A stretch of 63,640 nt of DNA, the filler included, from Saprolegnia diclina VS20 (taxonomy: Eukaryota), in assembly GCF_000281045.1 (NCBI RefSeq). It is 8 parts of 5 records of this genome, joined end to end, with 100 filler letters (N's around TTAATTAATTAA, not from the genome) between each part and the next. Parts side by side here need not be neighbours in the genome. Positions count along the whole stretch, not along the records: positions 1 to 24,920 come from NW_008246212.1; 7 more parts are not named here. One strand, given 5' to 3'. The notes below the pieces were generated by a model. The model did no database searches, was not told the origin of the DNA, and saw nothing but the letters and a program-made list of their open reading frames with translations. Position numbers and translations under genes: made by a program. This document shows positions 10,680 to 23,338 of the stretch, one piece after another. Within the stretch, counting starts at the first letter, position 1; the number at the start of each line of letters is the position of its first letter.

Positions 10680-13600
10680 ATGGCCAGCAAGGCGAAGACG
10701 GCCAAGCGGGCCGAGCGCCTGAAGAAGGCCAAGGCCGCGAAGGAGTCCAGCGCGGACCTCTCGTGGCAGATCGACGACCTGCTCACGCTCTCGGACCTCT
10801 CGGAGGAGAACCTACTGCGTAGCCTCCACAGCCGCTACGAGCATGACCTCATCTACACGTTCGTGGGCCCGATCCTCATTAGCATCAATCCGTACCGGGT
10901 CATCGACGACATCTACTCTGACGCGACGATGGATCTGTACCACAAGACGAGCGGCGGCAGCAAGCCGCACGTTTTTGCGACTGTCAAGGCCGCGTACGAA
11001 GAGCTCGTCCTCTCAGACGTCACCAAGCCCAGTGACCAGAGCATCATCATCAGCGGTGAAAGCGGTGCCGGGAAGACCGAGACGACCAAGGTCATCATGC
11101 GCTACCTGGCGCGAGTCGCAAGTGGCCAATCCTCGGGCGCCGCGACTGAAGGCTCGCTCGAGCAAAAGGTCCTTGATTCGAACCCGCTCCTCGAGTCGTT
11201 TGGTAACGCCAAGACGCTCCGCAACGACAACTCGTCGCGCTTCGGCAAGTTTATCGAGATCCAGTTCGACCGCCACGGCAAGATTGGCGGCGCCGAGATC
11301 ATGAACTTCCTTCTCGAGAAGACGCGCATCGTGACTCAGAACATTGGCGAGCGCAATTACCACATCTTCTACCAGCTGCTTGCGGGTGCCGACGCCGCGA
11401 CGAAGTCGCAATTACACCTCACGCGCCCGGAGGACTACGACTACCTCCGAAAGAGCGAGTGTTATGTCATCCCGTCCAAGTATGCCATTCCTCCGATCCC
11501 CATACGCTGGGTACTCATGTATTTTGATGTGTTAGAGACGATGAGCACGAGTTTGAGATCACGCGTCGCTGCCTCGGCAACATTGGCATCTCGCAAGAGC
11601 TCCAGGACAATGTGTTTGCAATGCTGGTACGTACATATTCTTACGTACCTATCTCATGAACACGTCATCTAGGCGGCGATCTTGCACCTCGGCAACGTCG
11701 ACTTCAAGGTCGAGCAAGAGACGTGCGTACCGCTCAACGCCACCACGCTCGAGACCATGTCGTGGATCGCGGACCTCCTTCAAGTATCCAAGGACGCGCT
11801 CCGCAACGCGCTTTGCAACCGACAGCTCTTTGTCGGCGGCAAGGTCATCATCCAGACACAGGACGCGAACCAGGCCCGCGACAAACGCGACGCGCTCGCC
11901 AAGACTATTTACTCGTCGCTCTTCCTCTGGCTCGTGATGGAGCTCAACCGGACGATCTCCGAGCCGTCGCGCAAGTGGGGCTTCATTGGCGTGCTGGATA
12001 TCTACGGCTTTGAGAAGTTTGACTGGAACACGTTCGAGCAGCTCTGCATCAACTTTACCAACGAGAAGCTCCAGCGGCACTTTAACCAGCACATGCTCGA
12101 AGTCGAGCAAGTCGAGTACACGAAGGAGGGCATTGACTGGACGCACATCAAGTTCCAGGACAACCAAACGACGCTCGAGCTCCTCGAGGGCAAGCCGAAT
12201 GGCAAGCCTGGCGTCTTCATCGCGCTCGACGACGTGTGGCGTACGAAGGGCGAGGAGGCCAACCGCAAGTTTGTGAGCTACCTCCACGCGACGTTTGGCG
12301 GTAACGCAGCCCACGAGTCGTATATCCAGCCCAAGGTCGACGCCGCGTACAGCTTTGGCATCAAGCACTACGCTGGGGACGTCATTTACGATGCGTCTGG
12401 CTTCAACGACAAAAACAATGAAGATCTGAACGACGATATGAAGGAGCTCATCAAGCAGTCGGGCAGCGACTGGCTCAAGACGATCGTCGACAACAGCCTC
12501 CAGAGCACGGAGGCGGTATCGCGCCGCGTGTCTGCCAAGCCTGCCGCTGTCTCTCGCCGCCCGTCCGAGCTCCCAAGCGACAAGAAGACGCGTACGCTGC
12601 GCGAAGTGAGTGTCGGTGCACAGTTCCGGTACCAGCTTCAAGAGCTGATGGCAAAGATCTCGGCCGCAACGCCGCGCTACATTCGCTGTATCAAGCCCAA
12701 CGAGGAGAAGCGGCCGATGGCGATGGACGGTGCGCAGTGCGTGCGCCAGCTCAAGTACTCTGGCATGATGGAGGCGATCCAGATCCGCCAAAAGGGCTTC
12801 GGCTTGCGCGAGGAGCACGATACGTTCTTTTACGACTTTCTTGCACTCGACCCGGCCGCCGAGGACATCCACGAGCTCGTCGCGAGCATTTCCGAGATGC
12901 TCAACGAAGGCAAGGACCAGTGGCAAATGGGTAGCACCAAGATCTTTCTCAAGCGGTCCGTCGCGGAAAAGCTCAAGCGCCTCAAGATGCTGCGCGAGAT
13001 CTCGGCCGCTCGCACGCTTCAGCGCGGGTACCACATCTGGAAGCGCACTCAGTGCGCGATCAAGATCCAAAGCGCCGTGCGCTCGTGGCGGGCGCAAAAG
13101 GAGCTCGGGCTCCTGCGGTCCGCGGCCTACACCGTCATGAAGATGGCCCGAGGTTTTGCCGCGCGCTCCAAGTACAAGCGCCTCGTCGTCGTCCACCGTG
13201 AGCGCGTCGCAGCGGCCGTCAAGATCCAAGCGATCGCGCGCGGGTTTGTGATTCGCCAGCGCGACCTTCTGCATCCGTTCGCGGGCATGGGCGCCAAGGA
13301 GCTCGACGCTCGCATCAAGGAAATCGAGGCGGAAATTGCAGTCGCGGCCAAGAAGAAGCAATTTGACAAGTGCACGAGTTTGCAAAAGGACTTGGACGCA
13401 ACGCTCGAAGCGCGCCGGCTCGTGCGCACGCCCAAGGAGGTCGACGCTGAGATTGCCGCACTCCATGATGAAATGGATGCGCTCGCACGCCAGAAAAAAT
13501 ACGCCGAGTGCTCGGCACTGCAGACCAAGTTGGACGCGCTCGAGGCCTTTCGGAAGGCAATGCCCGAAGACCTCTCGGACCTCGAGCCCGCGGAGCTTGA

Positions 13601-16600
13601 CGCTCGCATCGATTCGCTCAACGCGGAGCTCCAGGCTGCGATGGCCAACCGTCAGTTTGATGCGTGTGGCGCGATCCACGACCGCCTGGATAAGCTCGTC
13701 GCGGTGCGCAAGACCAAGCAGACGCCGGCCGAGATGGACATCGAAATTGCGAACCTCACGGTCGCGCTCCAAACGTCGATGGCCAAGAAGCAGTTTGACA
13801 AGTGCGCCTCCATCCAGGCGGATTTGGACGCGGTGACTAAGCGCCGCGCCAAGGCCCAGGCGCTCTTGCCGCCGCCACCACCGGCCGCGGCACCCGTCGC
13901 TGCTGTCGCGACCAAGCCGACGACTGTTGTGAAAGCGACGGCTGCCAAAGCGTCTGCCAAGTCTGCGTCGGTCGTCATGCCGCGTGCTGCGCCGTCAATC
14001 TTGGCGCCAACGGTGAGCGCACCGTCTATCTCGGCAGCGACCGTCTCTGCTCCAGTAATCAGCGCGCCGTCGGTGGCAGCGCCTACCGTGTCCGTAACGG
14101 CGCCGTCGGTCAGCGTCGCGCCCAAGCAGCAGCCCACGATGCCAGCCCTGACAGCGGCTCCCAGTGCCACGGCACTTGTGCCCGTGGGCTCGCAAGCGCT
14201 CGTGGCGCTCGGGTCGCAGGCTATTGTGCCCAAGAACGATCGTCCGCCGCGCCGTCCGCGCAGCAACTCGAACGACTCGAACGCGTCTTCGCAAGCGATC
14301 TCGGTCGTTTCGCGTGCATCCAAGGTCTCCAAGGCGTCGACGACAAAACCCGCCGCGATCCAAGAGGCTGTAGAAGACATTTCGCGTACAGTCGAGCGCC
14401 TTCGGCCAGCCAAGGCTGTGACCGTACCGGAAACAATGTCGGTCAAGGAAGCGGCGGGTGTCATGAAGTCCAACCGCACAGCCGCCGTGCTGGTCGTCAA
14501 TAACGCCGGTGGATTGGAAGGCATTCTGTCTGACACGGACGTCACCCGGCGCGTGGTCGGCCCCGGTCTCGATGCGTCCAAGACGGCTGTCGCGACAGTC
14601 ATGACGCCCCACCCGAGCTGCGTGACGTCGACGGATAAGGCGACACAGGCACTCAACATGATGCTCCAGGGCCGGTTCCGTCATCTCCCCGTGATCGACG
14701 CCAACTCGGGCGCCGTTGTTGGTCTACTCAATGTGTCGAAGTGCCTTCATGACGCGATTCGACGCCTCGAGCATGCACACACAAAAGCGCTGGCGCTTCA
14801 GAAGGACCTCAACGCGAGTGGCTCGGCAATGGCGCTCCTAGCGCCGATGCTTGAGAAGATGTCGTCGCCGACGCTGTACGACGTCATTGCGCGCGACACG
14901 CTTCCGCCTCTCGTACTGGAAGACGACATGCTCGCGGACGTGGTTGCGGCCATGGCTTCGTCTCGCAAGGCCGCGCTGGTCGTCGACGAGGACAAGCGCC
15001 TCATTGGTATTCTGACGCCCAAGGATGTCATGACGCGGGTGATCGCGCCAGGCCTCTCGCTTACGACGACGCGTGTCTCGAAGGTCATGACTGCTGACCC
15101 GGACGCTGCCGTGAGCGGGACGACGATCATGGACGCATTCCACATTATGCACGACGGGCGCTTCCTCAACTTGCCAATTGTCGACGAGAACGGTGTCGTC
15201 GCGGGCCTCACGGACGTATTGAGCCTCGCCGTGCACGCCTTCTCAGCCGGCGACGATGGTCACATGCTGACGCAGTTTGTGCAAGCGTCTTTCCACCACG
15301 GGAGCGACCTGGACGAACTCGCGAGTAACGCCAGTGGCGCGTCGGCATTCTCACGGTCGTCCAAGCTCTCGCGCCGCACGGACCGGTCGCTCACGTCCAA
15401 GCCGACGCCCGTTTCGAGCTTGCGTCCCGCGCCTGCGCACACGATCGTTGAGACGGCGTCCGTCGCTGACGTGTGCCAGCTCATGCGCGCAAAGCAGACT
15501 GATGCAGTCCTCGTGGTTGCTCACGACGGCGGTCTCGTTGGTATCATCACGGACAATGACATTTGCCGCCGCGTCGTGGCGCAGAATCTGAACGCGCGGT
15601 CGACGCCCGTCTCGTCGGCAATGACGGCTAACATCAAGTACGTGGGACCCGACGACTCGGCGCTCGATGCGATGGTCCTCATGCACGAAGGTCACTTCCG
15701 ACACCTCCCCGTCGTTGACCAGTCGAGTGTCGTCGGCATACTTAGCATTGGCAAGTGTCTCTTTGACGCAATCAAGCGCATGGAGCAAGCCATGAGTGCG
15801 ACCGAGGCGCTGCAGCAGTCGCTCGAGCAGCAGTTCAAGGGCCAGATGAAAGGCATGGTCGGATCGCTCATGGACAAGATGTTCTCGTCGTCGCTGACCT
15901 TGTCGTCGCTGCTGCAGACAGACACTGGTGCGCCGGCGCCTATTGTGTCTCGGACGACCACCGTCGCCGAGGCTGTCACGCTCATGGCATCGTCTCGCAA
16001 GGCTGCGATTGTTGTCGAGAATGGACGGCTTGTCGGTGTCTTCTCACCAAAAGAGCTCGTGCTGCGCGTCCTTGCGCTTGGGAACGACCCGACGAAAACG
16101 ATTCTCGGTGACGTCATGCTTGTGGACCCAGAGGTCGGTCTCCCCGATACGCATGCGCTCGAGGCGATGCAGATCATGCACGAGACCCAAGTGCTCAACC
16201 TGCCCGTCGTGAGCCCCACGGGGGCGCTTGTTGGCCTTGTCGATGTGCTCACGATGAGCTACGGCTGCTTCAGCATCGTGTACGGCGATAGCCGCGACAA
16301 GCTCGAGGAGTTTTGGAACACGACGTTTCAGCTCGAAGCTGCGGCACCGACTCCGCTTCTCACAGCGCCCGGCCACGGTGCCAACTTGGTGCAGGCGCAG
16401 CGCACGGTCGCGAGTTTGCGTCCGTCGAAGGCCATGACGATCCTCGACACGACGTCTGTGCGAGAGTGCGCCAAGGCCATGGAGCGCCAGGGCGCCGATG
16501 CTGCGCTCGTCGTCTCGGGCGCAGGGGCGCTCGTTGGCATTGTCACAAGCACGGATCTCACCCGACGCGTCATCTCGCTCAACAAGTCGCCCGACTCGAC

Positions 16601-19600
16601 GTGTATCTCGGCCGCGATGACGCCACAGCCTCAGTTTGTAACCGAAGACGACCCGGCCATCGACGCGCTCTCGACGATGCTTGCAGGCAAGTTCCGGCAC
16701 ATCCCTGTGGTTGACAGCCAGGGCCTCGTCGTTGGTATCCTCCACATTGCCAAGTGTCTTTACGACGCTATACGGAAGCTCGAAGCGACGACCAAGTCGC
16801 AAGCCAAGGAACTCGCGGCCAACACAAAGCTCGTCAAGCGCCTCGGACCCATGGCCCACCGCCTCTTTTCGCCCGACGTGCTATCGATCATTGAGCACGA
16901 CACGGTTGCAGCGCCTCGAGTGCTGCCCTACACGTCTATCTTTGCGGCCTCCAAGCTCATGGCTGATACCAAGCGCGCGGCTCTGGTCGTCAATGAGCGC
17001 GGGCACCTCCTTGGCATGCTCACGCCCGCTGAGCTCTTGACAAACGTGCTCGCCAAGGGCCGACCCGTGCACACGACCGCCGTCTGCGACGTCATGATCT
17101 CGGCGCCGCAAGTCGTGTACGGTGCGACGTCGGTCGTCGACGCGATGCATGCAATGCACGAAACCAAGAGCTTGCATCTCGCGGTGCTGCGCTCGTCGAC
17201 TGAGGCCGAGGTGCTTGGCTTGATCGACATCCTCTCGCTGTCGTACGGCAGCTTTGCGAAGGGCAGTCCGGCTGACTGGAAGGCGTTCTGGGAGTCGTCG
17301 CTTGAGGTGGACGACGACGGGACATCGTCCGTCATGAGCAGCCACAGCTTGCACTCGAAGAAGAGCTCGATGCACCAAGGTGGCGGTGGCAAGAAGACGT
17401 CGTCCGGCGATGTGCGTCCTGTCTCCAAGCTCCGCCCGTCGCCGGCGCTCACGGTCCTCGCCGACGTGAGTGTTCGTGATGCGGCCATGACAATGAAGGC
17501 CGACAAGGCGGACGCTGCTCTTGTCGTTTCGCGCGAAGGTGGTCTTCTCGGCATTTTGACTGACACGGACGTCACGCGGCGCGTTGTGGCTCTCGGCAAC
17601 GACCCGGGCTTCATCACGGTCGCGGACGCCATGACGGCCAACCCGACATTCGTCCAAGAAGCCGACAGCGCGATGGACGCAATGTTTATGATGCTTGAAG
17701 GCAAGTTCCGCCACTTGCCGGTCGTTGACGCCGATTTGCGTGTGAGCGGCATGCTCAAGATCCAAAAGTGCCTCTACGACGCGATCCGGCGCCTCGACGA
17801 CAATGCACGCGGCCTCATGTCGCCATCGCTGCAATCGATTCTCGACGCCGACGCGCAAGCGATGCCGCCGCTCTTGTCTGCGACCGACTCAATTTTGCAC
17901 GCGGCGCGACAGATGGCGTCCAGTCGCAAGGCCGCGCTCGTCGTGAACAGCCAGCAAAAGCTTGTGGGCATTCTTACGCCCAAGGACGTGCTCCTTCGTG
18001 TCGTCGGTGGCGGCCTCGATGTGCTCTCAACCCCCGTCGGCGACGTCATGACCAAGAACCCCGAGGCCATCGACCCGTCGCTGTCGGTCCTTGATGCGCT
18101 CCATCTCATGCACGAAAACAACTTTTTGAACCTGCCAGTCGTGCATGCGGCGACGGGCAAGATTGCTGGTCTCGTCGACGTTTTGAGTTTGAGCTACGGC
18201 AGCTTCTCGAAGGGCTCGGGTGAGTGGCAGACGTTCTGGGATCTCTCGCTCTCGGCTCCCGACCACGACGAGAATGCGGATAGCGGTATCAAGGCTGCCA
18301 ACAACGGCCCCGTGCCAACCGTCGCGGCGCTGCGCCCGTCCAAGGCAACGATTCTCCCTGATACGATCACGGTCGCGGATGCTGCGCTGATTCTTCGCCG
18401 CGCCCGCGTCGAAGCGTGCAACGTCGTCAACGCCACCGGGCAGCTTGTGGGCATTCTCACGGACACGGATGTGACGCGGCGTGTCTTGGCGCGCGACATT
18501 GATCCTGAAACGTGTCTCGTCTCGACCGTCATGACGGCGTCGCCTACCTGCGTCCGAATGACAGACCCGGCGACCGACGCGCTCAACCTGATGTTGCAAG
18601 GCCACTTTAAGCACCTCCCGGTCGTCGACGCCAACGGCGAGGTCAGCGGTATGCTCGACATCTCCAAGTGCCTCCACGACGCCATCTCGGTCATGGAGCG
18701 CGCACAGGCGTCGGCCGATGCTTTCGCGTCGGAGCTCCAGCGTGGCCTTGGTCACCAAGACACAGCAGCCAAGTGGATCGAAGCGATGCGACGCCCGACG
18801 GTTGCGATGGCTGTCGAGAAGAACATGCCGCCGCCACTTGTCGGTGTTGACACGCCAGTGCGCGAAGCCGCCAAGATGATGGGCTCGTCACGCACTGCCG
18901 CTGTCGTTATGGACGGTATCGACGTGATTGGCATGGTGACGCCCAAGGACTTGCTGCGGAAGCTCATTGCGCGATCGCTCTCGGCCGAGACGACGCGGGT
19001 CGCGGACGTCATGACGCCGCACCCGCTCACGATGCCTCCGACGTCGAGCATTCTGGAAGGTCTCCACGTCATGAAGGAGACGCGGGAGCTCTTCGTGCCG
19101 ATTGTGGACCCAACGTCCAAGCGCGTTGTGGGCATGGCCGACGTGCTCTGCCTGAGCTACTCGCAGTTCGCGTCGTCGGGCGACAACTCGCCCCAGAACG
19201 CGGCGAGCGAGTGGCGAACGTTCTGGCAAAGCGCAATGGCGATGCAGGAAGAGATGGGCGTTCACGACGACTTTGACGACACGTGCTCAGTCGGGACCAT
19301 CGAAGACTTCGAGCGCACGGAAGCGATGGCGCCGACGATGCCCGCCGTGACGATGGCAATGACGGCGTACTCGGAGCTCGGGGACTCGGTCTCGGTCATC
19401 TCGGCCGACCAGACGAGCATCTCGACCAACATGGCTGGCACGTTCCTCTTCAAGGTCAAGGATCACATGGGGCATGTGCACCGCATTCGGAGTCGACCGG
19501 ACAGCCTCGAGATGCTCAAGGGCGAGGTGCGCTCCAAGATGACACTCCTCCCAAGCACCAACATCCGCCTCAAGTACGAAGACGACGAAGGCGACCTTGC

Positions 19601-19895
19601 GGTCGTTTCCTCGGACGCAAGTCTCATGGACGCTGTGCACATGGCGCAAGAGAGCAAGTGGAAGTCCCTTTTGCTCGTTGTCGACGTTCTCGACGACCCC
19701 GCGCGCCGCATCTCGACGGTGCCCGAAGAGTACGAAGGCGGCGAGCGCGGTCTCCCCATCGGCGTTCACAACGGCGCGATCGTGCCCAAGAAGAAGACGT
19801 CGTCCAGCGACAAATCGATACTCTTTGCCGGCGTCGGCGTCGCGCTCCTCGGCGTGGGTATCGCCGCCATGGCCTTCCTCAAGTCGTCCAAGTAG
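10680..19895 (+). CDS. Myo29: Giant unconventional myosin (Myo29-type): motor, IQ motifs, 4 helical repeats, 5 x 4 CBS domains, PB1, C-terminal TM helix; exons 10680-11479, 11536-11626, 11673-19895
   Basis: P-loop GESGAGKT, switch I NDNSSRFGK, switch II DIYGFE, YIRCIKPN. IQ motifs IQSAVRSW and IQAIARGF. Five CBS-quad units begin with V-x-x-LRP at about 14390, 15410, 16405, 17420 and 18320. PB1 motifs FKVKD and LKYEDDEGD. Hydrophobic tail ILFAGVGVALLGVGIAAMAFL. Two GT-AG introns restore the frame. Confidence 0.92.
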
Positions 19896-20426
19896 CTCGG
19901 CTTCATTATCGTGTCGTACATACCCATAGAGAACAAGCGTCGCGTACATACCGGTATACTTTGATGCATTCATGTTGGTTGCCTGCTCCATGCGCCGTTT
20001 CTATCTATGGCCCTGTCGCTGTTGCCATCCAATGCGCATCCTCCTCCATCGACTGTGCACGCGTCGGTCGCCTCCATGGCCGTCTCCTCCTAGTACGCTC
20101 ATGGTCCATGCTCCTCACCGCATCATGCATGCGCTTCCTCCATGTCGCAGGGGCGGGCCGCGATCCATCTTCTGCACCCAAACTTCCGCGAATACAAACG
20201 CAAGGTGGTTTTGCGGCCCAAAATAGCGGGGAGAGGGGTAGGGCAGAAACCTCTATAAATACATGCTTGCCGCTGGTGCGAAGGGGTTGAAGCGGGGCGG
20301 ATATATTGAGTATGACAGGTCTCGTGTTGCTAAAAAAATACCGAAACCCCTGGACATGTACTGGATTTTTGTATACGATGTGGATGGGCGGTGCGTTTTT
20401 TATTCTCACGCGACGCGGTCGGCCGC

Positions 20427-20442
20427 AGTCACTTTCGAATTT
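20427..20442 (+). promoter_or_regulatory. Oomycete INR/FPR core promoter of the V-ATPase c gene
   Basis: agtcactttcgaattt resembles the GCTCATTYYNCAWTTT consensus and lies about 25 nt upstream of the ATG. Confidence 0.6.
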
Positions 20443-20467
20443 GCCGCAGTTTTAAGCCGAACGAACG

Positions 20468-21021
20468 ATGCTTGCCCTTGCCTCTGAACTCTGCCCGACG
20501 TCCGCGCCCTTCTTCGGCTTCATGGGCGTCACCTCCGCCTTGGTCTTTGCCAGTACGTCGATACGATGCGAACGCGAGGGCTAACGCACATGTGTATAGA
20601 CTTGGGCGCCGCCTACGGTACGGCCAAGTCGGGCGTCGGTATCTCGTCGATGGGCGTCATGCGCCCGGAGCTCGTCATGCGCAACATTATCCCCGTTGTC
20701 ATGGCCGGTGTCCTCGGTATCTACGGCCTTATCGTCGCCGTCATTATCCAGGGCTCGATTGACGTCCCGAACGGCAAGGAAACGGTGTACGGCTCGTACA
20801 CGGGCTTTGCCCACTTGGCTGCCGGCTTGTGCTGCGGTCTCTCGGGCCTCGCCGCCGGTATGGCCATTGGTGTCGTCGGTGACGCTGGTGTCCGCGCCGT
20901 CGGCCAGCAGGAGAAGCTCTTCGTCGGTATGATTCTCATCTTGATTTTCGCCGAAGCCTTGGGTCTGTACGGTCTCATCGTCGCGCTTATCTTGGCCACG
21001 AAGAAGTCGACCGGCTGCTAA
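20468..21021 (+). CDS. VMA3: V-type H+-ATPase 16 kDa proteolipid subunit c; exons 20468-20552 and 20600-21021
   Basis: Motifs [38 protein letters not shown] and [17 protein letters not shown]. Intron 20553-20599 carries a gctaac branch site. Confidence 0.96.
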
Positions 21022-21379
21022 ACCTTCACCCTCCATGCTCAAGACGAATTCGACGAATAACACTTGGCGCTCTCTGCTGTCTATAACCACTAGCGTGTGC
21101 TCTTAACGAATTGGTGTCTTCGTCGCCTTACATTTTCCCTATTCTCCGTGTCGTCTTGAAATACCCCGAGGCTCTCAACAGTCGCGAACCCCAACGGCAT
21201 GGACCATGGCCCACAGCGTTTGCGCGCGACCATCGAGGCAGATCGAAGACAAGTGGTCTACACCCTCAGTTTTGGGCTGCACCAAGGGCCTTGTCTTCGC
21301 TTTGTGTTTCAGCGTGTTTCGGGGCGCATAAACTTCGTCCGCACAAACTCCGTACGGATACTTCTTCACTACTACCAAG

Positions 21380-21495
21380 ACCATAAACTTACGACGATGC
21401 TCAAGGCGATTGAATTTGGCCTCATCCTCGTTCGCGGCGGCAATGCGACCGTGCAAGCCACGCTCTACGAAAGCATGCAGGGCAGCGACGAACGG
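21380..21495 (+). pseudogene. Possible orphan exon resembling the IP3/ryanodine-receptor helical region near the RIH-associated domain
   Basis: KAIEFGLILVRGGNATVQATLYESM resembles the IP3R segment ESILLAIALLEGGNxxIQ. It is followed by an intron-like gtatcc...ctaac...tag, but no continuous gene is present. Confidence 0.3.
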
Positions 21496-21581
21496 TATCC
21501 ATCTATCTATCTGTCTAACTATCTAGTAAGTTAATGGCCTTGGTACTTACGTTATCGATTTTAAGTAGTACCACTTGACAT

Positions 21582-23256
21582 CTAGGTTCGAGTGCCAATG
21601 CGACTCTTCTTGAGCGTTCCAGGTGTGTCGTAGCTAGCGCCTTTAAAGAGGCCAGTTTCGGTCTTGGTTTGCCCGAGCAGCTGCGGCTGCGCCGTGTCTG
21701 ACGTAAAGTTGTCCATAATGAACCCGTCCGAGCTTCCTACGACCACTCTTGTTACTGGCGGAGCTGAACCCTTTCCCTACTCACGAAGTTGAGCTACCTC
21801 TCTATATGAGATGATGCTACCTTGGGGGAAAGGTGCTGAAGGATGCGCTGGAGCTGCAAGTCATCCTTCCCGATCGCTTTCACATGCCGAATGTGCGCGT
21901 CTATGCGCGCCACGTTGGCCTCCGCGAGCTTCAATTGGCGCGCGTCCGCGTGGGCTTCGAGGCGCTCAAAGACCGTTTGCGTCTCGGTCAGCGCTGCGAC
22001 GAGCGCTCGCGATTTCGGGTTGATTTCGGGTCGAAAGCTGCCATTGGCCCTTGGTCCCTCGTCGTCTAATCAGGATATGGGAAATCTGCATTGGAGAATA
22101 GTGTATGGAACGCACGGCTTCGCGGTCGGACTGTTTTTTTGCCTGCTTGCACCATCGCTTCGTAAATCTAACATAAGTTGCGGTCGATGGGCGCTTCAGC
22201 GCAAATGCCCATCGGAACCTTAATCGAGCGCGGATTGAGCGTCGGTGTGAACGGTGCGTTCGCAGCTTCCTTCTCGTGAGCTGCGAGGGAACGCTCAACC
22301 TGACGCTCATGCTTGGCGCGCGCCTGCGGCGACAGTTAGGAAGAGCGGTGGTCACCGTGTCACATTACGTAGGCCAGCATGTCGTCGACACTGCGCTTCA
22401 TCGCATGCGTCTTGCGCTGAATTGGAAGGTGCGCATTTGCACGTATACACAGCGAAAGAAACTGCTGGCAAAGAGGAGAGTGTTTAGTGGGCTGGCCACA
22501 GAGACACAAGTTGGGTCTTGTCGTCACCGCTTGGTCTTCCTAAATAGCAGCGTGACTTGAGATGCTATTCTCCTACCAATGGATGCTACCTCAAGAAACT
22601 TTTGCTCGCGCTCATCCGTCATGTGCTTGTCGCTACATAGTCAAACAAACGACGTGATACGTACTTGATTGGTCATGCAAATTGGAGTACCGCCACGCGA
22701 CTGCAGAGGCTTGACGCTCTAGAAAGGTTGGAAACTCGTGCGCAATTCGACGGCTCTTGCGATCAATTGCGGGCTTGAAGCGCAAATCTTTTTCGGCCTC
22801 TTGGGCTAGAAATTCCTGGATATACACGTCATGTTGAAGGAAGGATGCATTCTCTTCGCCATGTACCCTGTGCTTTGTGATTTTGTCTTGAACCTTGGAC
22901 TGCGTCGCCTCAAAGCGCGCTAGCGTCGATGACCATTTGGACTCCACTGCTTCAGCTCGTCGCTCGCGCTCAGCAAGCAATTCTGCCTCAGTCGCCGCTG
23001 CTAGTAGCAAGAAGAGTATGAGCACCAGCAAGAACCCGAACAAGAAATGACGACGCGTACGCGCAGTTGGTGGTGGAGGCAAGGCAGTGAATGGATCCAA
23101 CAGACACTGTGAAAGCTCGTCCACAAGCTTCGCAACTTCACGGTCGTCCTTCTCCCAGTCACAGCGTTCAAACCGCAGATAGTGCCGAAGCTGAGCTGAG
23201 ATTGCATCGTCGTCAACGTCATGTAGAGCGTCGTCACAACTATCGCGCCCATCCAT
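21582..23256 (-). CDS. Multi-exon coiled-coil hypothetical protein with repeated F-x-P-x-[IL]-[ND] motifs (gene ends approximate)
   Basis: Exons reading FKPAIDRKSRR, KRSVDDMLAY, FTPTLNPRS and FRPEINPKSR are separated by short GT-AG introns. Confidence 0.55.
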
Positions 23257-23338
23257 GATAAGACCACGGGCCAACAAGCACCAAATCTCAGAATATTGCT
23301 TCATCAGTTTCACAACAATCGATCCCAAAATAATATAA

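Noticed and set aside
13860..14380. APSV/APTV repeats in the myosin as a separate domain
   Set aside because: This is a low-complexity Ala/Pro/Ser/Thr linker.
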